54,705 nucleotides of DNA, taken from Octopus bimaculoides (Eukaryota). Made by a program: the position numbers and the translations under genes. Below are positions 24,394 through 37,593 of this stretch, piece after piece. Numbering within the stretch: the first letter of the stretch is position 1; each line of letters starts with the position of its first letter. Location: positions 43,816,537 to 43,871,241 of the forward strand of contig NC_068997.1 of the NCBI RefSeq assembly GCF_001194135.2, read 5' to 3'. The notes under the pieces are model-generated. The model saw only the letters and a list, made by a program, of their open reading frames with translations. It made no database searches and was not told where the DNA came from.

Positions 24394-24501
24394 AATACCT
24401 ACCTCATGGTATTATAATAGCTACCTCATGTTGCTTTAATACCTACATCATAGTGCCACAATACCTACCTCATAGAACTACAGTACCTACTCATGCTTTA
24501 C
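24394..24501. repeat. 22-bp minisatellite, 5 units, core AATACCTACCTCAT
   Basis: Units start at 24394, 24416, 24438, 24460 and 24482; a conserved 14-nt core is followed by a variable 8-nt segment. Confidence 0.85.
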
Positions 24502-25432
24502 TACTAATTCTCTCTCTCTCATGCATATACACCACTCAACTATATTGCTGTCACGATATACTTACCTACAGTCCATAGGCCCATATACGTACATATATAT
24601 ATAAGGCCACACACACAAATGCACAAAAATATAAATATATGACATGCTTGAGAGATAAATATGACTAACTGATAGATTTCTCTAAGTAAGAGAACAAGAT
24701 TTTAGGCATTACTGCATTTCACAAGAGCATAAAAATTATTATTACCCTCCATTCTTCTGCACTATCAACCCATTACTACCTTTTTATGTCACCCATCTAC
24801 CATTCTATGCTATTTATTGCAATCACTAAGCTACCCTCTGTATAACATTGATATATCACCATTAAATCACACATTACAAATAAAATAGCATTGCTTCGAT
24901 TGAAGATAAACTGGAGGGGAGGATAGAGGTAGATGAAGAAAGAGGTTAATAAGGATATATAGAATGGAGAGAGAGAACAAGCATGTGTTGTTTGTGTATG
25001 CATACATGCGTATGTGCATCATTAATAAATGCATATATGCTTGCAGATTTGTATCAGAGAGTGGATATATCTGTCTATGCATATATACATCATATATACA
25101 TACTCACATACACAGAAGCACTTCACTAAACTAAGTAACCAAGAGAAAAGAATACTAGTTAAAAATGACACACTTGAGTGTAAATTATAGAAATAAGAAT
25201 TACTAACTCTGATGTGAGGCCACACTAAGTCTCACTGCAAAAGGATGAAAGACAAAGTTGATCACAACAGAATTTGAACTCAGATGCTCTGTACTGTTAT
25301 ATTTACACACACACATACAAATGTGTGGACAAATGAAAGAAAAAAGTACTCAACACATTTAGTAAGAGTTACATATATTATTTAAAGCAGCTTGATTCAG
25401 TTCCATGCAACTTAAAGTTTCGGAGGTTTTTT

Positions 25433-25887
25433 TAAGACATCTTTTGTTGGAGCAGTTATTGTTGTTTAGCTTCAGTAAACTTGTGACCAAAGGCATTCTG
25501 GTTGTGACCATCCTGCCTTTTTGTACATCTATGACTATAATGTCAAGTGTATCCTTTTTATTTTTCTCAGTTTACCTGACTAACAACTGGTTTCAATATT
25601 CCAGCTTCACTGTGGGTTACGGGATTACCAGTAAAGTAATCTAGCTGTAAAACACATACTCCATGTGCCAATGAGTGAAACATTTATGTGGTCACTTAAA
25701 CTGCTGAAATTAGAAGGGAAATTTCCTTCAAATAACACCCTGCCATCTTAAAAAAAAAAAAAAAAGGATACATTTGACATTATAGTCATAGATATACAAA
25801 AAGGCAGGATGGTCAGAACCAGAATGACTTTGGTCACAAGTCTATTGAAGCTAAACAGCAATAACTGCTCCAACAAAAGATGTCTTA
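25433..25887. repeat. Inverted duplication: 127-bp arms (25433-25559 and 25761-25887), 201-bp spacer
   Basis: Manual alignment gives 7 mismatches and no indels. Confidence 0.92.
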
Positions 25888-26033
25888 CCCAAGTTAGCAT
25901 GAACAAAAAGGATGTAAAAAAACAACACTAATGTACTTAGGCACTTATACATCTAGAATTGTTGTAGCAAGATATGGTAATAGATTTGTTTGGGCCTGAA
26001 ATACTCATAATACATATTGTAGTGTCTGATTAA

Positions 26034-26254
26034 CCCTTTAGTGTTCGCATTATTCTGCCAAAATTAATGCTTTTTTATCCACATAGTTTTGAACTAATCA
26101 TGCATTATCTTGTAGCTATGAGATCTTGATGAGGTAGCTGTTAATTTTTAAAACGATATTGTAGGGTTGGTGTGAGAGACCAGATCTGGTCAGTTTGACC
26201 ATAAAACAGGCAGAATACTTTTGGCTGGATATGGCCGGTTTAAATGCTAAAGGG
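26034..26254. mobile_element. piggyBac-like MITE, copy 2
   Basis: TTAA|CCCTTTAG ... CTAAAGGG|TTAA. Confidence 0.85.
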
Positions 26255-27923
26255 TTAAACTGATTATCTTCATGAAAAAAGAAAACTTCAATTTCCTTTT
26301 CTTTTGCAACTTTGTTTCTGCACTGCAAATATTCAATGTCAATTATATTAAGTTTTGCAATCATACAGAACAAACATAGCCTTCTTATATATAGTCCAAA
26401 CCTAACTTTAATAGCTGCTTTCTACTACAAAACATCTTTTAAACATCATCAAATTTAGATTTAAAAAGAAAATAATGTCTAAGTTAAATATGTCATCTGT
26501 ACAACAACATACAGTAGTAGTATTGGTTGCAGTATTAAGAATGGTTGGCTGGTTGGTTGGTTTTATTTCAAGAAAATCCATTCCATTGACAGGGACAAAG
26601 GGAAGATATCACAATCAATGTAAAAGTAAAGATAGGCAAAAACTACATAAAATGTTAGCATTTGATTGAAATTATTGCTGTCAGAGTAGAAAGAAAACTA
26701 TTTTGCCTGTTAAGAAACATTGCAAAATTGATGGAAACTATGATATAATAAAAGACACTCTTCTGTTAGAAATAATAGCCAAAACACCCTCTCATCTTAC
26801 AACAAAGACACACTGGACAGCATAGTACTAGATATACAAAATGGAATGGTCATGGCTGGAATGCCTTTGGTCATAGGTCTGCTGAATCATAGGATGGTAG
26901 ACTGAATCCGTCACCTGGCACCTTGAGTGCATCAAGCAGAAATCTGTTTTAAACATTTGGGCCATATCTCTGGTTGAAAGCAACTTTCCTCCTTCTTTTC
27001 CTTGGAGGCCCTGTAAAGGGTCATGGGCACTGTCTTTCCACCTGACTAAAAGATAAAGAAAATGGCCTATTTGGAGACCTCCATGTGGTCACTCAAACTG
27101 CTAGAAATAACAGTTAATTCACCCTCAAAGTATACCATAACATCTTGAAAGGCAAAGGACGTATTGAATAATGTAGTCTTGGATATGCAATACCTGGGAA
27201 ATAGACTGGATGGTCATGGCCTGAACACTGGGAGGCGGCCGTTTACGAATCGTTGGAAATAATTTTATTATTTTGCGCGATTCTTGCGACGAATGCACGG
27301 TGCCAAGTGGGCAACTTTTGGTAAGCAGAACTGGTGATGTGGGATGAGTCAATGAGAGAAGCATTTACATGACTGCTTGATATATTGGACAAGGTAACCC
27401 TGACTTCATCTGAAAAATAGGTGGAATAGTTACAAACGGAACACTTCTAATAAGACTGGGTCAGTTAGGGCTGACCTAGGTCTAACCAACAACAACAGCA
27501 ACAACTTCAGTTTCTTTCCCTGTTGAAGACCTCCAAGTAAAGCTTCTATCAAAGTGGGCTGTTTCTCTTCCCAGAAAACGTTGGTAGAAGTAATGCAGAT
27601 GATACCCTTGGCACCAACAGAGTCTTCAGCCAAGAAACAGGAAAACTTGCCCACCTTTAGCTCCATCTCACTCTTTCTCTCCAAGCCCCATCCAGCTCAT
27701 GAAGATACTTCTATTTGGCTAGAAATAGCAGCCAACTCACTTTTCAAATTGCACCCTGTCATGTTAAAAAATGGGAGGACAATAAAAGACAATAAAGTCT
27801 CAGATAAACTATGTTTGAAAATGAGATTGAATGTTGACTGTTGATCAATGCCTTTGATCACAGATCTGCATAGTCAGGGTTGCCCCTGGGAGACAAAAAA
27901 AACAACCTGTTTCTCAATGTTTC

Positions 27924-28110
27924 AATCAGAAATTTCCCTATCAGACGAATCTGCAACAGCATGTGTCAATGCTGTTCTCCTCAACTCATGTTCTGTCAAA
28001 CTTCTGTATGCCCCAGGGCTCAGGTTTTTATCTCCCACAGTTTTCCTTCTCTCCATTAACAAGCTTCTTCTAAACAAAACCCACGCCTACACAGCTGATA
28101 ACCACCCTTC
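27924..28110 (+). mobile_element. Decayed non-LTR reverse transcriptase core fragment
   Basis: With one frameshift it reads ..LSDESATACVNAVLLNSCSV..MPQGSVLSPTVFLLSINKLL...THAYTADN, matching the GVPQGSVLSP.LFL..INDL...YADD motifs of CR1/Jockey-group RTs. Confidence 0.75.
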
Positions 28111-28649
28111 ACCACTCCTCCTTACTGTTTCTCACACAGGCATCATCCTCATCCACATGCAACCTAAACAATTCATGCCAGACTAGCATTAACATTTATG
28201 AACAAAAACCTAAAACTAAATAAATAAATAAATAAATGAAAACATCCTGCAATAAGGACAAGACAACCTAGTTTCAGTCACAGATACCCAAGATGCAGTC
28301 ACTACGCATAAAGAAACACAACACTCAACTCAGAAACAAACACATTAAGAAAACTTCTACATATACTTAGGCCACGATTTAATAAAACACACACACATAC
28401 AAACACACACACGTATTTGCAGCCACCCCTTATAAAAGCAATTTTAAGTGTAACCCACTTTATAACATAAAAACATACAAGTTCTCTCAGATTCATCAAG
28501 ATGCTTATACAGTAATATGGACTGGTGCTTTGAGTTTCACTCTGCATTAAGGAAATAAAATCGTTCTCTGGATAAGATAGAATTACAGACTATTATTATC
28601 ATTGCTGTTGTTGTTGCTATTATTATTATTATTATGTCTTTTTCTTCTT

Positions 28650-28840
28650 AAGCTGGCAGAATCGTTAGCATGCATGGCAGTATTTTGTCCGTCTTCACAT
28701 TCTGAGTTCAAATTCCACTGAGGTCAACTTTGCCTTTCATCCTTTCGGGTTGATAAAATAAGTACCAGTTGAACACTGGGGTTGATGTAATCACCTTATC
28801 CCCTCCCCTGAAATTGCTGGCCTTGTGCCAAAATTTGAGA
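28650..28840 (+). mobile_element. SINE family B between (TTA)n and (TCA)n(TTA)n tracts
   Basis: AGCTGGCAGAATCGTTAGC...GAGTTCAAATTCC...GGCCTTGTGCC. Confidence 0.85.
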
Positions 28841-28891
28841 TCATCATCATCATCATTATTATTATTATTATTATCATTATTCAAATATTAT

Positions 28892-29057
28892 AGGCGCAGG
28901 AGTGGCTGTGTGGTAAGTAGCTTGCTTACCAACCACATGGTTCCAGGTTCATTCCCACTGCGTGGCACCTTGAGCAAGTGTCTTCTACTATAGCCTCGGG
29001 CCGACCAAAGCCTTGTGAGTGGATTTGGTTGACGGAAACTGAAAGAAGCCCATCATA

Positions 29058-29100
<43 letters not shown>

Positions 29101-29646
29101 ATGTGTTTGTATGTCTGTGTTTGTCCCCCAAACATCGCTTGACAACCGATGGTGGTGTGTTTACNNNNNNNNNNNNNNNNNNNNNNNNNNNNNNNNNNNN
29201 NNNNNNNNNNNNNNNNNNNNNNNNNNNNNNNNNNNNNNNNNNNNNNNNNNNNNNNNNNNNNNNNNNNNNNNNNNNNNNNNNNNNNNNNNNNNNNNNNNNN
29301 NNNNNNNNNNNNNNNNNNNNNNNNNNNNNNNNNNNNNNNNNNNNNNNNNNNNNNNNNNNNNNNNNNNNNNNNNNNNNNNNNNNNNNNNNNNNNNNNNNNN
29401 NNNNNNNNNNNNNNNNNNNNNNNNNNNNNNNNNNNNNNNNNNCTGTGTTTGTCTCCCCCACCATTGCTTGACAACCGATGCTGGTGTATTTACGTCCCCG
29501 TAACTTAGCAGTTCGGCAAAAAGAGACTGATAGAGTAAGTACTAGGCTTACAAAGAATAAGACCTGGTATCGATTTGCTCGACTAAAGGCGGTGCTTCAG
29601 CATGGCCACAGTCAAAAGACTAAAACAAGTAAAAGAGTAAAGAGAG
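28892..29646 (+). mobile_element. SINE family A spanning a gap (one copy or two partial copies)
   Basis: Near-consensus head and tail. The segment CTGTGTTTGTC...GTGT.TTAC appears on both sides of the gap, with differences. Confidence 0.85.
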
Positions 29647-30289
29647 TATTGAAAAGAATGTTAGCAGAATTTGCAGAAAGTTTCTGACCGGGGTTCGCAA
29701 TGAGAATGTTTGTATTCAAAACATTGTAACGGATATTCCTAAAACAAATCTGATATTAATTCTCTCACAGTTAACTGAAATAAAAGTATGTAAAAAAAAA
29801 AACAAATTCCTCAGGGATGCAATCTACATGGAAAAACAGTAGTCAAGTTAGTGTTACCATATTTAACTCAGCAAGTATTAAAATATTAATTAGAAATAAC
29901 TGTGTAATGAGAAAAAGACAATATTATTCAATGACTATCTTAATTATTTTGGTTAGTGCAAGCAACAACTTGTAGATTTATTTCATCAGTGTTATTAGAC
30001 CTTCTCAGTAAAACAGACTTGCTGAAGTAGTGATGAAAGCCTCTTGAAATAAATGTACAATATTGTACACTAGTCAGCATAGTAAATTAGTATATTTTGG
30101 AGAATGATTTGCCATTTAAAGTCCATGCATAATACACTATCATATGTAATACACACCTTGATCCTTGTGTTTTAATTTTGTAACAAACCTTATAACACTA
30201 TATAGGTGACATAAAGTATTGTACAACTACTTTAAGAGTAGATAGTCAACTATAAACCAATATATTAAGGGTTTTTTTTCCCTCTCCAT

Positions 30290-30440
30290 CTGTTTTCTCT
30301 CCTCATTCCTTTCTGTAGAAGAGCATAGGCTTGAAATGTCAAAGACTTCTTTCATTTTTCCTGAGCGTCAAATTAATACACTGTTTGTTGTTCCCTCACC
30401 TGTCTCTAACTCTTGCTTTTTGTCTCCTTTTGAACCATAT
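30290..30440 (+). mobile_element. Probable Penelope-derived repeat remnant containing a hammerhead-like motif (30309-30344)
   Basis: CUUU-CUGUAGA-A-GAGC-auag-GCUU-GAAAU-GUC-AAAG: stem I (CUUU/AAAG), stem II and a GUC triplet are present; the core has U instead of A6. Confidence 0.45.
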
Positions 30441-30756
30441 TAGTTTAAGATACTGTATTTGGCAGCATAAAAGACACACAGGCAAATTAAGCAGACTCTA
30501 ATTTTAATAGTATATATTCAGGAAAAAGTGAGAACTAGGGACAAAATTAGCTCATAGGAGACCCAACTTTGCATATAGAACATGGGGGAATTCTTTGAGA
30601 GAATTTTTTGAAAAAAAATCTATCTTAAATACCATCAAATAAAGTACTTCATTTTATATAAAATAAATTGACGTATAATAAATTCTTTAAAACATTGAGA
30701 AAATAATCTTTTTTTACATTATTATGTTTTTACCTCTTAAAAGTGGGTGGGGAGAT

Positions 30757-31220
<464 letters not shown>

Positions 31221-31589
31221 AAATCCTTTGCATGTATTACATGCACCCCTAATTTTAATATTGATGTTAGTAAAAGAAAGAAAGAAAAAAAGAGTGCATT
31301 GTACATGGAATTCTAAGATATTTGGAGAAATTACTCATGGATGCCATTGGTATGAAATTTAGTGCAATAACTATTATTATGTTACAGCAAGTTTGTAAAT
31401 AAAATTTCATACTTTGAATTAAGTTTGTGTGAAATAAAGTATGTTGATCTAAGACAAAGTGAAACAACTGAACTGAATTTGATCTCAAGTCCTTCATGTT
31501 GATGGTAGTTTCATGTTATATCCACTAGTCATTTTCTCCACGTGTTAAGATACGAAAGTTTTCAGAATTAATTTCATTTTTGTACATGT

Positions 31590-31655
31590 GAATGTATGTA
31601 TGTATGTATGTATGTATGTATGTAGATAGGTGTATGTATGTATGTAGATAGGTGT
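31590..31655. repeat. (TATG)n tetranucleotide repeat with a duplicated TAGATAGGTG insert
   Basis: Direct reading. Confidence 0.85.
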
Positions 31656-31835
31656 ATGTACTTGTTTATATGCAGGTCTGCTTATGTGTATGTTAGTGTG
31701 TATACATACATATGGGAGTGGTAGTGTGTACACAAGCGGCAGTGTGTATAAGCGTATACACAGAAGGATGTGTAAATGTATATGGATTAAGCATGGGGGT
31801 AAAATGAAAAAGGATTAGGAAGTGAAATTGTAGTC

Positions 31836-32040
31836 ATGATCAGTGCCAGTGACATGCAAAAGGCATTCGGTACTTCTATGGAGTCGTTGGTGTTAGGAAG
31901 AGCATCCTGCTGTAGAAACCATGCCAAAACAGACTGGAACCTGGTACAGTTCTCTGACTCATCAGTTCCAGTCAAATTGTCTAACCCATGCCAGCATGGA
32001 AAATGGGTGGAAAATGATGATAATGATGACGATGATGATT
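31836..32040 (+). mobile_element. Retroposon 3'-tail family E ending in (GAT)n
   Basis: GGAAGAGCATCC.GCTGTAGAAACCATGCCAAA...AACCCATGCCAGCATGGAAAATGG + (GAT)n. Related pieces at about 7195-7285, 37985-38210, 38410-38540 and 47470-47565, and reversed at 42170-42310. The parent LINE clade is not determined. Confidence 0.75.
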
Positions 32041-33977
32041 GGGAACAGTGCATGATGTTGCATGTGTGTATGTTATTGCAAGAGTATTTGGCGTCTGCAT
32101 GTATCTCTAAACGTTTAATTTGAATTTTCCTGTGACACAAATGGAAGAAGTGAAGATGACCATTTATGAGCACAGGTCTAGAAGTACTTTTACCAATATC
32201 TAGTGCTGATCGGGATATACTGTCTCCTTGACTTCACTAACATAATTGTGGCTAGTGTGTGTGTGTGTGTGTGTGCATGTGCATACATGTATGAGTTTGT
32301 TTTTGAGTAAGACTCATACTTCTGTTAATCTTAAATCGGCAAGAGACAAAATCCACCACCAACATAGGAAGATAATCTATCTCAGTCAACACTGCTTGGT
32401 TATGTGATATCAATGATTGATTGCTAAGTATAAACCAAAGTAAAGTAGAAAAATAAGTATTACTGTTCAAATATTGTACAAAACAACTGCAATAAAACTG
32501 AATTGGAGAATTCTATACTAATAGTCCTGTTGTAGTAACCTTTCAGCCCTGTTGATTCCATTACCTTCAGGACTGAATTTGTTTTATTTAGCACAAAAAA
32601 AACAAAAAAAAAAAAAAAAAAAAAAAAAAGCAACCATAACTCAGACTTGTGGAGGAAGCAGTCTGTGGTTCATATCACTGTCAGGGTCTGTACATGACTG
32701 CTCAAACTTAATTTCACTGGAAATAGTAGTCAAAATTTCCATGACTGTCTACAGTCTCAAAAATAAATAAATAAATAAAATAAACATTAAGTAATGTAGT
32801 CCTAGATACCCTGAGGCAGTAAGAAAAAGTAGTTTAGTCACAACTGAATATCTTTGAACAATTTGCTAGGAACATTTCATAAATTTCCCTTGAATCATAG
32901 CCATATATATATATATATATTTGATTCTCTATATTTAATACTCAATATTTCATATATTCAATAAGACATTCAATACTTCATTTCATTTTACCATTTATAT
33001 TATATTATATATTCCATATTCTATATCCCACATTAATTTTATAAGAATATATATAAGACATAAAAAACAGACAGAGTTGGAACTCTTTTAAATAATATAT
33101 ATATACACACACACATGCACACACACCAGTATAATGAAAATATAGGATTAACACAGTGTGTGTGTGTGTGTATAGGTGCAGGCATAGCTGTATGGTAAGA
33201 AGCTNNNNNNNNNNNNNNNNNNNNNNNNNNNNNNNNNNNNNNNNNNNNNNNNNNNNNNNNNNNNNNNNNNNNNNNNNNNNNNNNNNNNNNNNNNNNNNNN
33301 NNNNNNNNNNNNNNNNNNNNNNNNNNNNNNNNNNNNNNNNNNNNNNNNNNNNNNNNNNNNNNNNNNNNNNNNNNNNNNNNNNNNNNNNNNNNNNNNNNNN
33401 NNNNNNNNNNNNNNNNNNNNNNNNNNNNNNNNNNNNNNNNNNNNNNNNNNNNNNNNNNNNNNNNNNNNNNNNNNNNNNNNNNNNNNNNNNNNNNNNNNNN
33501 NNNNNNNNNNNNNNNNNNNNNNNNNNNNNNNNNNNNNNNNNNNNNNNNNNNNNNNNNNNNNNNNNNNNNNNNNNNNNNNNNNNNNNNNNNNNNNNNNNNN
33601 NNNNNNNNNNNNNNNNNNNNNNNNNNNNNNNNNNNNNNNNNNNNNNNNNNNNNNNNNNNNNNNNNNNNNNNNNNNNNNNNNNNNNNNNNNNNNNNNNNNN
33701 NNNNNNNNNNNNNNNNNNNNNNNNNNNNNNNNNNNNNNNNNNNNNNNNNNNNNNNNNNNNNNNNNNNNNNNNNNNNNNNNNNNNNNNNNNNNNNNNNNNN
33801 NNNNNNNNNNNNNNNNNNNNNNNNNNNNNNNNNNNNNNNNNNNNNNNNNNNNNNNNNNNNNNNNNNNNNNNNNNNNNNNNNNNNNNNNNNTATACTGTGA
33901 AACTTAATTTAATTTTAATTTTTCATAAATTGATTTTAATTGAGTTTTTATCGGTAATTTTGGATTTTATACCTAAT

Positions 33978-34009
<32 letters not shown>

Positions 34010-34812
34010 TCGAAAAATGTAGTCCTCAATAAATTAAAGCATTAAAAAAGTATAAATATAGTAAATCAAAAAAAGATGAGGTGATGTTGACTGAAATGCT
34101 TATTATCAAAGGTTTCAGTGAAATTGATCTGGTACTAAACAACTACATTTTATACCTGTCATAGTTTCCTCTTCCAAACATCCTTACAACTGCAAACCCA
34201 GAGAAATATTTCAGGAAACCCTAACAACAACCCTCTAAAATCACTTATTTTCTCGTCTAATTTTGACAAATAAAATGCATTACATTCTCTGGTTTACAAC
34301 TACATTTTAGTAGCAACCTCTACATTACTGGAACTATGTAGAACCATACAATATGGTTCCAGTTCTTTTAAAACAACACCAGTAGAAATTTGAACAAATA
34401 AAGAAACCTCAATGCAGTCACTCAACCTGTGATAAATAACAGCTAACTTTCCCTCAAATCATACTCTATAGACTTAAAATAAAGAGGTGTAAGTACACAA
34501 TGGGCAATTTCCTAAATACACTTATGTCTGATGTAAAAAAAATAAATTTAATGGACAGAGTGAGCATTGATGGATTGCTTTTGGTAATAGTTCCATTTGA
34601 TTATATAACTAAATAACAGTAATCCTCAGAGTGAGATGATGAGGGGCAGCTGTATGGACACTGATGATTTAGCATGGCTGACCGGACATTCAACTTGTTT
34701 TGGTACTGAAAGTAAACACATACACATGAAGAAATATATGTCTATGTATATGTGTGTGTATATATAATATATATATATATATGCACCCCCCCCACACACA
34801 CACATACATATT

Positions 34813-35005
34813 TCTTTTACTTGTTTCAATTATTTGACTGCAGCTATGCTGGATCACTGCCTTAAAGGGTTTTTTAATCAAAGGAAACTCCAGGATTTAT
34901 TCTTTGTAACCCCAGTACTTATTTTATCAGTCTCTTTTGCTGAACCACTAGGTTATAGTGATGTAAACACACTAACATCGGTTGGTGGGGATGGCAAACA
35001 CATTC
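34813..35005 (-). mobile_element. SINE family A, 3' half
   Basis: Reverse complement of the family A tail. Confidence 0.8.
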
Positions 35006-36250
35006 ACAAAGACACTTTTTACTTATAAAACCTAAAATGGCTGGAATAAAACTATGACGGATCTCAAATCTTTTTGGCATTGTGTACCACAATCATTTGA
35101 TCAATTAAATTGCTTACTAAATAAATTAGAGATCAATTGGCTGAGAACAAGCACTTGTATTAAGTTAACAGTTGGACAGAGTCAAATATGATGCTGTATA
35201 TAGTGTGACATGGTTGGGCTATCAAATTAAAGATAGTCTTTCAGTTCCTGTCTGCCCAGGGACACTCACAACGCACACACGGTAACCTCGAACTTTGAGA
35301 GAGAGGTGCTGTACGGGGGATCAAACCTGGGCCTCTTAAAGTGATCTTAACTATTCAGACAAAATATAGTTGTCATCTATTTTTTAAAAGCTTAACATGA
35401 GAGGAAAAGCAATGCCCATGACCCCTTTTAGAGTCCATGTGCTTGGTGGAAGGGAGGAATATATTCACAAAGATAAACTTCTGGTAAGCTTAGTTTGCAA
35501 TCTGTTTTCATTTTTCAGTTCAAGGAATTTCTCTTCACTTATGTGGCTAATGGCTTCAAGAGATGTACAAACTTGACATTCTTATTTCCTGTTCTCATAC
35601 AAAACTAAACTCATATACACTTGTATGCAAACAGTATTTAAGGTAGTTTATCATTTTTATGCTCTTCCCTGTACTAGCATAAGTAACTGAAAATTTGAGC
35701 ATTTCATATAATTGCAACAAATATTTTGACCTTTACTCCCGTGAAGCTTTTCAGGTGTGTAATAGAATTGCTATCTGTTTTAGTACCAAGTAGACTGAGG
35801 CAAGTAGAGAAATGTTTAGAAGTAACACAAATATATAGTATCTATTATACTATAAAACCAATATGGAATAAAATTCTATTCTTTGTGAGAGGGAACTGAA
35901 TTTTGGCCTTAAAGCAATATATCATCATTTGTATTCCAATTAGAAATTTGTTTAATCTGGTAATTAAATGGTAGACAAAGATGATGTGGCTGTGGTTTCT
36001 TCAGTTGAATTTTTAAAAAATAACCTGTATCCAAGGCTGGATTAAAACCCATAAAAGCACTTACAAGATTTTGCTGCCTCCATATATAATTTATTTTTCA
36101 AATTGCAACAAAACTAATAGTAAGATGGAAAATAATATTCATTCTTGTATACTTCCACTTCATTTATATTTGAAAAGTTTTCTACTTTTTTTATTGCAAA
36201 TTCTTTGAGGAGATCCTCAAAATTGATCATCTGTAACACATCTGCTTCTA

Positions 36251-36553
36251 TACTCTTTTACTTGTTTCAGTCATTTGACTGTGGCCATGCTGGAGCACCG
36301 CCTTTAGTCAAGCAAATCAACCCCCAGGACTTATTCTTTGGAAACCTAGTACTTATTTTATCGGTCTCTTTTGCCGAACCGCTAAGTTACGGGGGATGTA
36401 AACACACCGGCATCGGTTGTCAAGCGATGTTGGGGGGACAAACACAGACACACAAACATATACAACATACATATATATACATATATACGATGGGCTTCTT
36501 TCAGTTTCCGTCTACCAAATCCACTCACAAGGCTTTGGTCGGCCCGAGGCTAT
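36251..36553 (-). mobile_element. SINE family A, near-consensus copy, truncated by gap
   Basis: Nearly identical to 52028-52350. Confidence 0.92.
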
Positions 36554-37279
36554 NNNNNNNNNNNNNNNNNNNNNTAGCAAGTTTAAAGTGATTTCTTTTG
36601 TGCCGTAAAGCAAACCATTTCTGTGGTGCCCCACTTCCCTTGACACTCTAAGCATATGCTTATTTTGCTTTAGAAAGGAAAAAAACTGCTCAGAGTAAAG
36701 AAAACCAGCTCAAAGTAGAGGAAATCAGCTCAAAGTCCATCAAACTATCATCTCATTAAAGAAGCTCTTTAATCAATTTCCAATATTACAAGAGTTGATG
36801 GTAAGCAGATAGCCAGGTTTTGCTGGTAGCCATAAATACTTTACTAAGCAGCCTGTCATCATGACATTTCCGCTCCACCCACTATAACAATCGCAATGAG
36901 AGGTTGCTACCAGATGCCCCCCCCCCCGTCTAAAAAAGATTTGAAGGAAAATAAAAATAATACAAAAAAAAACTTATTTTACTTAAAAAAAACTTTCCCT
37001 TAAGCTCTTATGTAACCTATACTCAATATATTCAGTATCAAATCTCTTGTTGTTTCACCACTATTTCTTTCCTATCCCTATTACTGTTCCCTCTTTAATA
37101 AGTCTTACCCTGAATGCAATCTTTTTCTTTAAACTCTTTTGGTATCAGCCCACCTAAGATTGGTTGTGATTCTATGAAACGAAACCTGTCATTTTAAAGA
37201 CTCCATCGTTATCATTTTACATCCACTTTTCCATACTTGAATGGGTCAGATGGTGACTTCGTTGAAACAGAATACAGAT

Positions 37280-37450
37280 ACATAAGTGCAGGTGAGGATG
37301 GGTAGTACAAAGTTTGCTTCCCAACCACATGGTTCATGGTTCAGTCCCACTGCATGAGACCTTTGACAAGTGTCTTCTACTATAGCCATGGTCTGACCAA
37401 AGCTCTGTGAGTGGATTTTGTAGATGGAAACTGAAAGAAACCTGTTATGT
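37280..37450 (+). mobile_element. SINE family A, 5' half
   Basis: TTTGCTTCCCAACCACATGGTTC.TGGTTCAGTCCCACTGC...GGAAACTGAAAGAA. Confidence 0.8.
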
Positions 37451-37533
37451 AAATGTACATTATTTGTGGATTAACAAAGCTAGCAATGGTTTCATGTGGA
37501 AAGCATATCTGCAATTCTTCAAGCAGTCCATTT

Positions 37534-37593
37534 AAAAATACTGGTAATCATCTCCATTTTGGGTCCAAAATGGAGATGATTACCAGTATTTTT
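37534..37593. repeat. Perfect palindrome: 29-bp arms with a 2-nt loop, within a looser hairpin at 37491-37627
   Basis: AAAAATACTGGTAATCATCTCCATTTTGG-gt-CCAAAATGGAGATGATTACCAGTATTTTT. Confidence 0.95.

Noticed and set aside
24394-24501. CRISPR-like repeat-spacer array
   Set aside because: Eukaryotic context, 14-nt repeats with 8-nt variable parts, and no cas genes; it is a minisatellite.
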